DNA of 63,410 nucleotides, filler included, from Craspedostauros australis (taxonomy: Eukaryota): NCBI GenBank assembly GCA_030167865.1. It is 4 parts of 4 records of this genome, joined end to end, with 100 filler letters (N's around TTAATTAATTAA, not from the genome) between each part and the next. Parts side by side here need not be neighbours in the genome. Positions count along the whole stretch, not along the records: positions 32,028 to 58,620 come from JALAGF010004789.1; 3 more parts are not named here. One strand, given 5' to 3'. This document shows, in pieces, positions 32,945 through 45,553 of the stretch; within the stretch, counting starts at the first letter, position 1; each line of letters opens with the position of its first letter. The translations under genes were made by a program, and so were the position numbers. The notes beneath the pieces were generated by a model. The model saw only the letters and a program-made list of their open reading frames with translations, ran no database searches and had not been told where the DNA came from.

Positions 32945-35677
32945 TTACAAATGGCGCACGATGGGACTGTAAATGGACAACGACAAGGCCATGCACATGA
33001 CGATGGTGATGGCGGCGTAGAATGTAGCTCGCAGTGTGCCGTGGGTGCCTCGCGAGATGATGGCGATCTCCTTGACAAAGGTGGATACGGTGGACAGGCT
33101 GCCTGCCAGACCGACCTGGATGGCGAAGCAGAGGGGGAAATCGCCGTACCGGTCGGAGTAGGCGGCGCACGAGATGGAGATGCACGAGGCCAGCGCGTTG
33201 GCAACGAAGGTGCCGAGTGGGAACCATGACGTCGTGGCGTTGTTGTTGATCTTGGAAAGGGACCATCGCGCGATGACGCCCATCGGTGTGAGGAGAACGA
33301 CGTAAAACGAATCCCGGTAAAATTTGACGTGCTGTGTGTATCCCACGAATGCGAAGGTCGACAAAAGTAGTACGACTGCGAAGCACGCAACGACCTTGAG
33401 CCAGGTTGTCGAGGAGCCGCAGCCCCATCGCAAGATGACGTTCGTCCTGTTGCACGATCGCGAGGATGGTGAAGACGCTGCGGAGATGCCGGATGGGGAA
33501 CGCATGTCGTCCTTCGATTGACCGTCCGTGGGTCCCTTCCTCGAGAACGAGAAAGGCATGGCGAACCATCGATCCGATGGTGTTGGTGTCTGTCCTGCGT
33601 GGAGGGAACCATACGAACGGCTCTTGTGGGATGATAGTCTGGAGACTTTGGAGACCTGGCTGAAGGCGTTGCGACCGAAGGGGATGGATGTCTGCCAGTT
33701 GGAGTTGGCCTTGGCATTCATGTGGGAACCGAAGTGGAAGGCCGAGATGGATGCCATGACACCCAGGAGGTAACCGAAGATGGCCGTCGGTATCTGTGAG
33801 CCCAAGACGCAGTCGGTCCCATCCAGCATGGCGACCATCTGCGAATTCCACGAGGCGAAGCTGGTGAGACAGCCGCAGAATCCCACCCCGAGCGCGGTTT
33901 GTAGCAGCTGGTCGTACTGTAGAGGGTTATCGTTGCCGATCCATGGCAATGGGAGATCGCCCTGCGCGATGGAGCTCGGTGTGATCAACCCGAGCAAGAA
34001 GCAGCCAACGATGTTGGATGGCAGATCGCGGAATAGCGCGCCTCCCGTTTGCAAGGTCCTGCCGCCGGCCGTGATACATATCTGCGACGAAAGCGGTGTG
34101 AGGAAGTCGTGGATCGCGCCTGCGGTCCCTTTGATCTCGCAGTCCATGCCGAAGAAGCGGACGCTGAACTCTCGCGTGATGGAGCCGAGGACGCCGAAGG
34201 TTCCAAGGTGCCACATCTGTTGCAACGTCCGTTTTGTCTGCGAAGCGTTGGTTTCCACGCCGTTGTCGATGGCGTTGGCGTTGGCGTTTGGAGTGGTGTT
34301 GATGCTGATGATCGCGCTGGCGAAGTCGTCACTCGTCTGTCCCAGATCGGGTGCCTCGAGATCGTGGCGTGAGCCTTCGGAGCCTTCCGTCAAGCCGGTG
34401 AGGTTGCGCTGCTGAAGGGCGCTGCTGATGTCTGATGCTTCGGAATGGAAGCGATGTCGAGAGACGGAGCGCGATGTTCGGTTCTGCCTGCGGGACAGGC
34501 TGCGGGATCGGACGAAAGGCACGGCCGCGTGGATGGGGGATGGGGCGGATCGAACCGAGAGCGCCGGCGATTGAAAGCATGGCGGCAATTTGGGAGCCTC
34601 GCGGCCCACCTCCTGGTTGAAACCGATCTCGACCTGCAGAGACAGGTCTCCGTGCAGGAGCGACTCGTTGTCATACAGGCGGTCCACCCCCACTCCTCCC
34701 AACGGAGAGACGTAGCTTGCGCTGACAATGCCATTGTTGTTGTTGGTACTGTTGGTACTGCTGTTGTTGCTGCTGGTGCTGTTGTTATCGCTGCTGCTGT
34801 TATCGCTGTGGTTGGTAGTGTTGAAGATGCTGCCCCGGGACGAATCTCTTCTGTGCGTTTGTGCGCTGTCGCCTTCGATGGTCATCTTTCTCTTTGCGCG
34901 GTTGGGTGTGCCAATAGGCGTGCTGGTACTCGTGGGTGTGCTGATGCGTGCACTGCTGGAAACGCAGTTGGGACCAGCGTCGCTCACGCATGCAAACGCC
35001 CTTTCCACTGGGTTGGGATCAACGGAGATGATGCTGTCAGCTGCGTCGCCGGACTCGAGGCTTTGTTCCGAATACGAAAGGTCGTGGTCGTAGTTGTAGC
35101 TGCAGTTGTAGCCATCCTGGCCATCATCTTGCTTGCTGGTGGGAGGTCTTTCGTGGTTGTGTTGGCTGTGTTGGCCGTGTGTGCTGCTGAATGCAATGTG
35201 GTGTCCGTAATTGCAGATGGTGTGGATGCCATGGCTGCCTTGGCTGATGTGGTTCTGATTGCCAAAGTTGATCTGGCACGGCGGAAGCAGCTGCGATGGT
35301 AGCAGTAGCTGAGGGGGCGTTGCAGGAGCAGGTGTGACCAGCTGTGCTGAAGGCGATGCCGGCGATGACGAGGAGGACAGCGATGGCGATTGTGTCGATT
35401 GGGACTGCTGATGAGTTCGCAACGCTGACGGACTGAAGGCTGACATCGATGCTGGAGACTTGGGCGGTAGCTTCGGTCGGCTGCGCTGGGAGCTGCTGCA
35501 AGGCAAAGGGTCCGACATGGTGCTCGTCCTCGATGATGGAGACGACGCGATGCTCCTCTCGGACCCGCTCATGATCGCGCTTTCGTTCTTGTCCGAGCTG
35601 CTGCTGTTGCTATTGTTGCTATTGTCGCTATTGTTGGCGCCGTCCAGGTCCATGTCCATGTTCAGGTTGTCCTCCAT
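32945..35677 (-). CDS. FEX: Fluoride exporter FEX (two CrcB/Fluc domains) with a long disordered N-terminus
   Basis: Fluc domain 1: GVLGSITRE, LPSNIVGCFLLG, LGVGFCGCLTSFASW. Fluc domain 2: PMGVIARW, FPLGTFVANALAS, IQVGLAGSLSTVSTFVKE. Confidence 0.9.
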   Translation of the reverse strand: MEDNLNMDMDLDGANNSDNSNNSNSSSSDKNESAIMSGSERSIASSPSSRTSTMSDPLPCSSSQRSRPKLPPKSPASMSAFSPSALRTHQQSQSTQSPSLSSSSSPASPSAQLVTPAPATPPQLLLPSQLLPPCQINFGNQNHISQGSHGIHTICNYGHHIAFSSTHGQHSQHNHERPPTSKQDDGQDGYNCSYNYDHDLSYSEQSLESGDAADSIISVDPNPVERAFACVSDAGPNCVSSSARISTPTSTSTPIGTPNRAKRKMTIEGDSAQTHRRDSSRGSIFNTTNHSDNSSSDNNSTSSNNSSTNSTNNNNGIVSASYVSPLGGVGVDRLYDNESLLHGDLSLQVEIGFNQEVGREAPKLPPCFQSPALSVRSAPSPIHAAVPFVRSRSLSRRQNRTSRSVSRHRFHSEASDISSALQQRNLTGLTEGSEGSRHDLEAPDLGQTSDDFASAIISINTTPNANANAIDNGVETNASQTKRTLQQMWHLGTFGVLGSITREFSVRFFGMDCEIKGTAGAIHDFLTPLSSQICITAGGRTLQTGGALFRDLPSNIVGCFLLGLITPSSIAQGDLPLPWIGNDNPLQYDQLLQTALGVGFCGCLTSFASWNSQMVAMLDGTDCVLGSQIPTAIFGYLLGVMASISAFHFGSHMNAKANSNWQTSIPFGRNAFSQVSKVSRLSSHKSRSYGSLHAGQTPTPSDRWFAMPFSFSRKGPTDGQSKDDMRSPSGISAASSPSSRSCNRTNVILRWGCGSSTTWLKVVACFAVVLLLSTFAFVGYTQHVKFYRDSFYVVLLTPMGVIARWSLSKINNNATTSWFPLGTFVANALASCISISCAAYSDRYGDFPLCFAIQVGLAGSLSTVSTFVKEIAIISRGTHGTLRATFYAAITIVMCMALSLSIYSPIVRHL

Positions 35678-36845
35678 GGTGCCGATCGCAAGCTGCGCTT
35701 CTTGTTGTTATGTTGTATAATACCAGTACTCGTACAACCAGTTGCATCACCAGACGTCTGATGATAGCGCGGGTTGGAATAGAGCAGAGCACAGCAGAGT
35801 GGATTGAAGCAAGAAAGAGAGAGAGAGAGAGCTGGGAGGTGGATGTCAGACAGGAGAGTCCTTGTTTTGCGTCTTCGTCCACGCAATCACCGTCACTCGA
35901 AGTTTTCTCTTGGTTGCTGTTTGGTGCGGACTTCAGGCTGCGCGCTGTCAGTGCGGCATCGGATTCATCGCGTGTGCTGGCCGCAGCGCCACGCTTCATT
36001 GCACTCCTTCGTGCTAAATTTCTCTCCTTGTGGCTGCAATCCGTGTTTTTTCGTCGTGTTCCGTCCACTCCACGCTTGAGTTTTTTGGTCTTCTGGTTGT
36101 GTGTGTCTTGTTTCAAACCACGACAATGCGATGCCTTCCCACCCACATCGCACGACCGTTTGACTCTTTTGGCTTCTAAGTGTGATGCCAGTGCGCGCAA
36201 ATTCACTTAACGATCCCCGGTACGCATGTCGCATTGTGACATCATTCATGTCGAGTGGAGGCACTTTGTGCTTTCACATTTATTATTCCAGTCCACTTCG
36301 CCACTCCGGCGAACAGAAGTTGGTTTCAGCTTCTTGCGGACAAAGGCACGGTTGGTTGACAGACCATACTCATGTCATTTATATATTGGCGTTCCATTTC
36401 TTGGAGTACCAACAATGGTACTCTGTATTGGCTGACGTGTACTCCTCAAACACGAAGAATGAAGGTCCACGATTGGACTCCGTGGAAAGAGCAAAATGAT
36501 TGGAGGCAAGACACAGAGGGGAACCACCACAATGGTGATGGCAGGCTCGGCGACGGCCACAACAACACACCAACACGCCAAGTGTGAGAATACAGTTGAC
36601 AGACACCCAACATCCGACACCCGCGGTCGGAGGTATTTACTGACATTGCCACACAACGCCTCCAACAGGACAATTGCCATCCCTCCCTTCCATCTCTCTG
36701 AATGCATCGCAGCTCCGCATTCTTTTCAATCATATTCACACACGTTCAGCTGCTCGTCTTGCTGCTTATCTCAAGCTCCATCCGACCTTCGACGTCCTTT
36801 TCCGTCTCCAAACTTCCATCAACAACAGCATCAACAACGTTCAAT

Positions 36846-38481
36846 ATGGGCGATGGCAGCCAGGTCCTGAACCGCGTCACCAAGGACAAGGTCTCCCTCG
36901 AGATCAAGGACCCCGTCGACCCCACCGCCTTCCAGCAGGCCAAGGCCATCCTGGCGGAGCTCGTCGGAGATGCCGAGGACCAGGTCGTTGCCTCCAACCT
37001 CCTCACCGTCGCCAAGCGTCTCGGGGATATCCCAGAGGACGCTGCCAATGCCTACACCGTCACGAAGGACCAATGCAAGGACGCCTTTGATGCGTTGACG
37101 GAAACGGAGCGCACGGCATTGGTCAACATCCACCGGCGCGTCAAGCTCTTTGCGGAGGCGCAGCGCAAGAGCGTCACGGATATGGAGATTGATATTCCAG
37201 GCGGCAAGGCCGGTCACACCGTCAGCGCGTGTTCTGGTGAGTTCGGGGAGAGCCATCGTTCGGATGCGTCTCTATGCATGCTTGTGGAGAGTATTGGCAG
37301 TTGTTGCTGATATTTGTCGTCGTCGTTGATTGGTTGGTTGGTTAGTTAGTCGGTTGGTTGGTTGGTTGGGTACGGAGCTGGTTGTGGAAAAAGATGAATG
37401 AAGCGCTGTGCGACGAAGACGGAACGAAGAATGCTATGTATATTCTTCTTCTCAAACAGCTCACAACCGCCTCAATCACTGCATTGCGTTTCATTCCTTT
37501 CGATTCCAACATTCAAATCAATTTCATTCAAATATATTTACACAAATAGCTGCCGGATGCTACGCACCAGGAGGTCGCTACCCGCTTCCATCCTCCGTCA
37601 TCATGACGGCCGTCACAGCACGCGCCGCAGGTTGCGAGACTGTCGTCTTGGCCAGTCCCCACCCGGCCAAAATCACCATGGCCGCGGCGCACATTTCCGG
37701 CGTCGACATCTTCCTCTGCGTCGGCGGTGCGCAGGCCATCGGTTCCATGGCCTACGGTATCGCTGCCAGCGATCTGGGACCAGAAATCCCACGCTGCGAT
37801 GTCATCTGCGGACCTGGCAACAAATGGGTCACGGCCGCCAAGTCCATCGTCAACGGCAAATGCGGCATCGACATGCTGGCGGGACCATCGGAGGTGCTGG
37901 TCATCTGCGATTACACAGCCAACGCCAAGGTCGTCGCGGCCGATCTCATCGCGCAAGCGGAACACGACGTCGTGGCGCGTGCCATCCTGCTCAGCACGGA
38001 CGACGATCTCATCGCCAAGATCGATGCCGAGGTCAAGCAGCAGATCGATGCCCTGCCCGAACCCAACCGCTCCACCGCCTTGGAGGCGCTCAAGCAAAGC
38101 TTCGCCGTCAAGTGCGACAGCGTCGAGGAGTGCGTGCGAATTTCGGACGCCATCGCGCCGGAGCATTTGGAGATCCAGACCGAGAATGCCATGGAGGTGG
38201 GCAAGACTTGCAAGAACTACGGCGGACTGTTCGTGGGTGAGCATGCCGCGGAAGTGCTGGGAGATTACGGCGCTGGTCCGAACCACACGTTGCCAACCGG
38301 CGGCACAGGACGGTACACGGGTGGCCTGAGCGTGTTTAACTTCCTGAGGATCCGCACCTGGATGAGAGTGGATGATGCCAAGAAGTCGCAGGGCATGGTC
38401 AACGACAGCATCGTCATGGCACGCTTGGAGGGCCTGGAGGGACACGCCCGTGCTGCCGAATGCCGGAAGATGGATGGTTAA
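36846..38481 (+). CDS. hisD: Histidinol dehydrogenase; intron 37237-37549
   Basis: Motifs AGCYAPGGRYPLPSSVIMTA, GGAQAIG, ICGPGNKWVTAAK, IDMLAGPSEVL, DLIAQAEHD, APEHLE, GDYGAGPNHTLPTGG and EGLEGHA. The G|GTGAGT...ATAG|CT splice restores the frame. Confidence 0.96.
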
Positions 38482-39162
38482 GCTAGCACTCTTGGAGGCG
38501 ACAACGACTGTCATCCGATACATTGCAATGCAAAGAGTGATCCCAATTGACCAATCGGAGTAACACGACCTAGAACATTCAAGAATACAATTATCCCCCA
38601 CCATCTTTGCATGTTTTGGTGTGCAAGAAGCCAAGAAATGCTGAACTATTCTCACGTTGCTCTACATCGTTGAAGATCACTTGCGCCATCGACATGGCGC
38701 GAACTGTTCTACAATACCATCTAAACCAAGAACTATTCCGTGACGCTTGAAGTGACCATCTGCCCACGTTTGGGCGTTTGCCTCGCCGAACGGACGCGCG
38801 TATCTCTGTGTTTGGATTCGACGGACGACGGACGTACGGAATGGATTCGCAGCCACGAGAGAATGCGATGCACAAAGTTCGCAAATTTGCAATTGCAACC
38901 ACAAGCGACATCGTTCTTGTCGCCTTGGTGGACGGTGTCACACGTTTGATGCCCTCAGGCCAAATGCCGAAAAAGATCGAACTTCCATGTCAACCCGCCA
39001 TACTGGCGCCCCCACTTCTGCGGCTATTTGTGCATCCTTGAAGTGCGTAAGAATTGCACACAAACTTGGCCAAACATCACTTGATCCGTCAACTGAGCCA
39101 TCAACCGAGCCATCCAGCTGCATCCTGGCACACCGTAATCATACTTACAACACAGAACAACG

Positions 39163-42100
39163 ATGAGATTTAGCGGCTTGAGCCTGTTCGTCCTCGCGGC
39201 TGCCTCCAGCGGCAACAGCAATGCTGTCGATGCCTTCGTCGCCCCGCAGCACACCCGCGCATCTGGCGCCACTGCCAGCACTGCCACCACCACGAGCAGC
39301 ATGTCGGCAGGAAGGACCCTGTATGACAAGATCTGGGATGATCACGTCGTTTCCGACGACGGCATGTCCTCCCTCATCTACGTGGATCGCCATTTGGTGC
39401 ACGAAGTCACCTCCCCCCAAGCCTTCGAGGGACTCCGTCTGACCAGCCGCAGCGTGCGCCGCCCGGATTGCACCTTGGCCACCGTCGACCACAACGTCCC
39501 CACCTCCGATCGTGCCGACCTCATCGACGTCGCGCAGTTCATCGAGGAGACCGCCAGCCGCACCCAGGTCCTGCAATTGGAGCAGAACGTGCAGGACTTT
39601 GACATCAAGTATTTCGGCATGGCCGACGAGAGACAAGGAATCGTGCACATCATCGGACCGGAGCAAGGATTCACCCTGCCAGGATGCGTCACCGTCTGCG
39701 GTGACTCCCACACGGCAACGCACGGAGCCTTCGGCGCCCTGGCCTTTGGAATTGGAACCAGCGAAGTCGAGCACGTTCTTGCGACGCAGGTGAGTTTGCC
39801 TCTTGGTTTTTTCGTTCGTCGTTTGCTTGCCTCGCTTGTCACCTTCTTTGGTGTACGGTCGCCTCTCTGTCTGTTTTTCGCCTTGCGCGCCAGCGCTCTT
39901 TGTGACATGCGGTACAGAGCGGCAGCCGATGTGTTCGGAAGAGCGGAAACGAACGACAACGGTTCGGATCTGTGGGAAGGAAGGAAAATGAGAACAAACC
40001 GACACGACACCACCAACAACTCGGTTTGGGTGGAGTTGGGTTGGATCGCATGATTGGGGAGGTTTGCGTACCTCTGATGAGGTCAATCTCGTTACATTTT
40101 GTTACATTATGTTGTATCGCGTTGCATTGCATTGCTGTATCATTGGCAGAGCATCGCATCACATCACATTCAGCTCTGCTAACATTGTGCTTCTGCTATT
40201 CCATCTTCCCAATTCCAAATTGAAAACGGCATCATCATCCCATACACCCCGGTGTCATAACTGGATCCGCGGAACCTGGGACAATGCTTACCACTACTCT
40301 GCACGTTGTGCCATCATCTTGGGATGCAACGACCACGCCACTATACTCGTATTTTGCGCCATCAACAGACTCTGCCACAAAGCAAGGCCAAGAACATGCT
40401 CGTTCGCATCGACGGTGAGCTGGCAGCAGGCGTGACGTCCAAGGATATCGTCTTGCACGTCATTGGAATCATCGGAACTGCCGGAGGTACGGGATACACC
40501 ATCGAGTTTGCTGGATCTGCCATCGAGACCCTCTCCATGGAGGCTCGCATGTCCATCTCCAACATGGCCATCGAGGCTGGTGCACGTGCTGGTATCATCG
40601 CACCTGACGATGTCACATACGAATACGTCAAGGGACGGCCAATGGCGCCAACGGGCGAGGAATGGGAACGTGCCGTGGCTTACTGGAACAGCCTCCGCAG
40701 TGACGAAGACGCCGAGTTCGACGAGACCGTCATCGTCGAGGCCAAGGACATCGCACCAACCATCACATGGGGCACCAGTCCACAGGATGTTGCACCAGTT
40801 ACAGGCAACGTCCCCATGATTGACGACAGCATGGATGTTGCACGACAGGTATGTACCGATGCAGCTCAAGCTGGGTTCGATCTTGCGTTTTATGTGCTGC
40901 AGAGTATGCTACACTTGAAGATGGAGCACTGCTTCATGTTGGATCATCTACTTTCGGCAACAAAAAATGGCGAGCACCATCAGTTGCACGATTCCACCAA
41001 AACTGCGTGGATTTTGTGCAAGCAGAAATGCTCACCCAATTGCTATGTTCTCTTCCTCTTCCTTCCTTCTCTCATATGCACTCACCCACGCAACAACAAC
41101 GACAACAAAAATTTGATAACTATTTGGGTGTTGCTGCAGGCTGGTGTCACACGCGCACTGGAGTACATCGGCCTCGAGCAGGGACAAGCCCTTGAGGGTG
41201 TCCCAATCGAGAAGACATTCATCGGATCTTGCACCAACGGACGTATTGAAGATATGCGCGCAGTCGCCGCCATCGCCAAGGGACGCAAGGTCGCTGATGG
41301 CGTCCATGCGATGGTCGTTCCAGGGTCCGGTTTGGTGAAGAAGCAGGCCGAGGATGAAGGTTTGGACAAGATCTTGATCGAGGCTGGGTTTGACTGGAGG
41401 GAGCCAGGATGCTCCATGTGCCTCGCCATGAACGCCGACAAGCTGAAGCCACAGGAACGCTGCGCATCGACCTCCAACAGAAACTTCGAAGGGCGTCAGG
41501 GTAACGGTGGACGCACTCACTTGATGTCTCCAGCCATGGCAGCAGCCTCAGCCATCAATGGAGCCCTTGCCGACGTTCGCAAGTTCCCATTCCTCGGCGA
41601 TGCCTCTGAAGACCCACGCAACAACAACGCTGAGTCCGCAAGTCGCGTGTTCTCCACGGACAGCTTCGAATCTCCAGGAGCCACCATCTCCCCAACTGCT
41701 CCATACCTCGAGAACCAATCTGCTGATGATGCTGACTCCGCCGGTGCTGTCGGCATGCCACCGTTCACTGTCCTTGAAGGCGTCGCAGCTCCACTTGACA
41801 TCCAGAACATCGACACTGACATGATCATTCCAAAGGAATTCCTGAAGACCATCAAGCGATCCGGATTGGGCTTTGCTGCATTCGCCGAGCTCAGATACGA
41901 GAACCCAGAGCAGGTCGCCACGATCGGTGAGGAAGTCGCCAAACCAAGGTCCGACTTCGTTTTGAACAAGGATGGATACAAGGACGCTGCGAAGATCTTG
42001 ATCGTCGGAGACAACTTCGGATGCGGATCCAGCCGAGAGCACGCTCCATGGTCCATCAACGACATGGGAATCCGCTGCCTCATCGGCACATCGTTTGCCG

Positions 42101-42465
42101 ACATCTTCTACAACAACTGCTTCAACAACGGAATGTTGCCGCTCACCCTTGCGCGTGATCAGGTCGAGAACTTGCTCGAAGACGCCGCCACCCCGGGCAA
42201 CTCCGTCACGGTCGATCTCGTCAACCAGAAGGTCATCCGTCCAAACGGCGAGGAGTACTCGTTCGAGATCGATGAATTCCGAAAGCACTGCCTCGTGAAC
42301 GGACTTGACAAGATCGGTCTCACCTTGGAGAAGACCGACGAGATCGCCGCCTTCGAGAAGGTCCGATCCGAAAAGTTCCCCTGGCTCGATGGTGCATCCC
42401 TCCGCGTCCCAGACACCGTCCCAATGTACCCAGAGGCCGGTTTTTGGCAGAAGCAGACTGCGTGA
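39163..42465 (+). CDS. leuCD: 3-isopropylmalate dehydratase, fused large+small subunits (LeuC-LeuD), plastid-targeted; introns 39790-40368 and 40849-41139
   Basis: Motifs [78 protein letters not shown] and [11 protein letters not shown]. Signal peptide ends VDA|FVAP. Confidence 0.96.
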
Positions 42466-43068
42466 GTCATTGACAAAGCAACGTTGCATACTCTACCATA
42501 AGTGCATGGCGGTGCTTGGGTATCTATGAGTAGAGTGAAACATCCAAGTAGGGTACTCTTTGTGGTCTTCTCTTGCAACTTGGATGCTTGCCATGCCCGC
42601 CACTGTGCCATTCCATCTTGGATGAGGATCGGGAGTATCGACGACTCGTTAATCCCACCTCGTTTTGTCTTGTTTTGTTTGGCAAACTCTTGCTCGTGAA
42701 TGGAACGGAATCGCACATTCGTGAATGAGAGCGTTTTGGTCGGAGTCGTCAGTTGTAGTCGTGTGAGTGGAGACAGACGTGATCGGAAGGAACAAACGAA
42801 ACTTTCTCGCTTTGGTGCTTCACAATAGGATCTTCTGTCCGTTCCAGACTTCACTCTCAACCACAACGACAGCGGATGGTTTGTTGTTTGGTGGGTAGTT
42901 CTTGTGTGCATTTCTGCTCTTGTGCGTCTCCGCTCCCTCTGTTTTGCTTCTCTTTCTCACATCTCCCACCATCACCGCTCACACATGCGAGCACTCCGCG
43001 AGGGACATCCGCAACACCCATAAAATACCGCACCCTGCCATACTCTGCTACACATAGTCATAACTATC

Positions 43069-44526
43069 ATGTCGCAACCCAAGGAAGAGCTGCCGATGGA
43101 GAAGATGTTGAATGAAGCGGAAGAGACGAAATCGGGGACGGTGCTGATCATCGACGAGGAGGAAGAGACGGCGCCTGCACGATCGGCTGGTGGTGCCTCG
43201 GCTTCGTTGCTGCCAACGTCCCCCAATCTTACTCCGGATGGATTGGCAGGGCACAGGCTGACCAGGTGAGTCGATGGCAGTGGCAATGACAGCGGCAGTC
43301 TGCGTGGCTCAGAGGGAAACTGTTCTCGACTGTGGGCACGGGCATTTCCCTCCTCAATCTCCAAGCTTCTATTAATATACTCCACTATGACTTGTTTCTC
43401 ATTTCCCTTCTCACGCATGTGGTCGCCCTTCCTGATGTTCGAACATTCACGGCTCCGACCTCCCAACACACAACACATCGCTCCACTCCATTCACAACAG
43501 CACCTCGCGCGGAGAGTCCTCCATCGAGAAGATCGCACAGAAAATCGACGAGCGCAGGAACAATCGCATTCCGGTCACCGCCGCCATCCGTCTCAAATTC
43601 CTTCACTCCTGCAGGGACATCGCGCGGAGTCAAGGAATTCGCAACAAGATCAGTGTGCGAGATCTCCACACTCTGCGTGATGCATGCAAGGCGCGGGTGG
43701 ATGCGCAACATGCCGATGGAAGCGGCGGCGCCTCCATGATGCGTTCCTTCATGGTGCAGCTTGGGTTTTGGGATGAGGACTACGTGCTGCTCAAGCTGTA
43801 CGACAGAGCAGTTGAAATGACTTCAGAAGTCGAAGCGGATTGGTTCCACTTCCGTGATTTCAGCTTCTACCAAACCAGGGTCACAGCCACGCGCCCGGCT
43901 TTCGAATCGGACACGTTCAGCGCCATAAAGTGGCTGTTCCTCTTCTATTTGTTCACTGCCGTCCTCTTCTGCGCCATCATGGACGAGGATACGATCTGCC
44001 CCAGCGACGATGAACGTCCCTATCTCGGCTGGCTCAGCGCGATCTACTTTGCCTCCGTCACCATGTCAACGGTGGGATACGGAGATCTGTCGTTGGATCC
44101 GGACACGACCGATGATCGCTGGAGGGTCTTCATCGCCACGATGTACATGATCCTTTCCATCTGGGTCGGCTACACCGTGTTCGCTGTGGCCGCCGATGCC
44201 GCACTGTCCGGTCTCAGCGTGTGTTCGCTGGGAGACAAGATCACGGAAATGTACGACAACATGGCGCATGCATCCGGAAATTTGAATCTCGACGCTCGCA
44301 TTCGCCGCATCCGGGTCATCCGATTCACAGAACTCATCTTGCTCGGCATCCTGTACAACTTGATCGGGATTTTCGCGGCCAGAATCTTCATTTATTATTC
44401 CGATCCGGCCGACGAAACGGAGGAGAAGGAGTTGGATTGGACGTGGATGACCACGCTGTACTGGGCGGTGCAAACCACAACGACGATCGGTACGTGCTGA
44501 GGCTGAATGGGTGCGAACGTGTGCGC

Positions 44527-44564
<38 letters not shown>

Positions 44565-45212
44565 ACGTGTGCGTGTGCGCGGAGTTAATCGAAGATTGCC
44601 TATCGATTGTGTTGGTGAGAGAGGGTTTCTTCCTTGCAGGAGCGCTCCCATTCATGCTCCAACAATCACATGCTCCGTGATTTATCTCACTCTCTCATCT
44701 CTTCGTTGTATTCCATTGTCCTCGCTGCACTCCGTTTTCTCGAACCGCTACGCATGAAACCGACAGGCTATGGCGACTTGACCATGCCTGTTGACATGCG
44801 ATGGTTCCAGATCTTCTACACCACGTTGGGAACTGTCCTCGTGGGCAGCGTCTTCGGCGGAATTGCTAGCCTGTCGCAAGAACTGCAAGATCTCAAACGA
44901 TTCTACGCATGGGAGCGTCGCGAAGTCTCCAAGCGGCTGCTGGAGGACATGCAGGGCGAAAATTCGGACGGCAAGATCGACCAGTACGAATTCCTGGTCG
45001 GGTCGCTGCTCGTGCTGAACAAGCTGGAACGCAGCGACATCGATCAGATCATGGACAAATTCCGTCAGCTTGCAGGAGACAAGGGCTACATCGATTATGT
45101 GGAGGAGACGGCCGATGAGATCGGGATGGAGAACGTGACCTCGACGCGGGAAGGCAACGAAGCGGAAGATCTCACCATGGACATCGACGACGTCAAGCAA
45201 ACCTTCCGGTAG
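43069..45212 (+). CDS. Two-pore K+ channel (TPK-like) with C-terminal EF-hand; exons 43069-43265, 43501-44489, 44767-45212
   Basis: Pore 1 is AIYFASVTMSTVGYGD. Pore 2 is LYWAVQTTTTI|GYGD, restored by splicing. EF-hand-like NSDGKIDQYEFL. Canonical GT-AG sites keep the frame. Confidence 0.9.
44531..44560. repeat. (GT)n microsatellite in K+ channel intron 2
   Basis: Read directly from the sequence. Confidence 0.95.
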
Positions 45213-45553
45213 ATTCAGTGCGAGTGAGTGAAGGAGTACTCACACAAATACATATTATACAATCGAAAGCACTGCTCCAATACTCACAATGACGGGAGAT
45301 AGCAAATGGATTGCAACAAATACAGCAGCACGTACGCACACCGCTGGCCGTCACAAGTGGCCATGACAACATGGCTCGACGCGAGCCTCACCAAACGTGT
45401 TCGGGGAATAGAAGCAACAAGACGAAGAAACGAAAGCACTTGAATACAAATGCATTGCTCGTAGCTGGAGAATAGTATCCCGGCATTTAGCTTAAACCCT
45501 GATCAAGAAACGAAACAAGTTAGAATAATACGCTGCACTCTGCCGTACGCGTT

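Noticed and set aside
37528..38655. Long antisense ORFs (also 7618-8424, 10133-10972, 12800-13642, 32868-33851, 41548-42489, 57806-58672)
   Set aside because: They are shadows of GC3-rich real genes on the opposite strand and carry no independent motifs.
36846..42465. hisD-leuCD as a bacterial operon or contaminant
   Set aside because: Both genes have spliceosomal introns, and LeuCD has a plastid bipartite leader.
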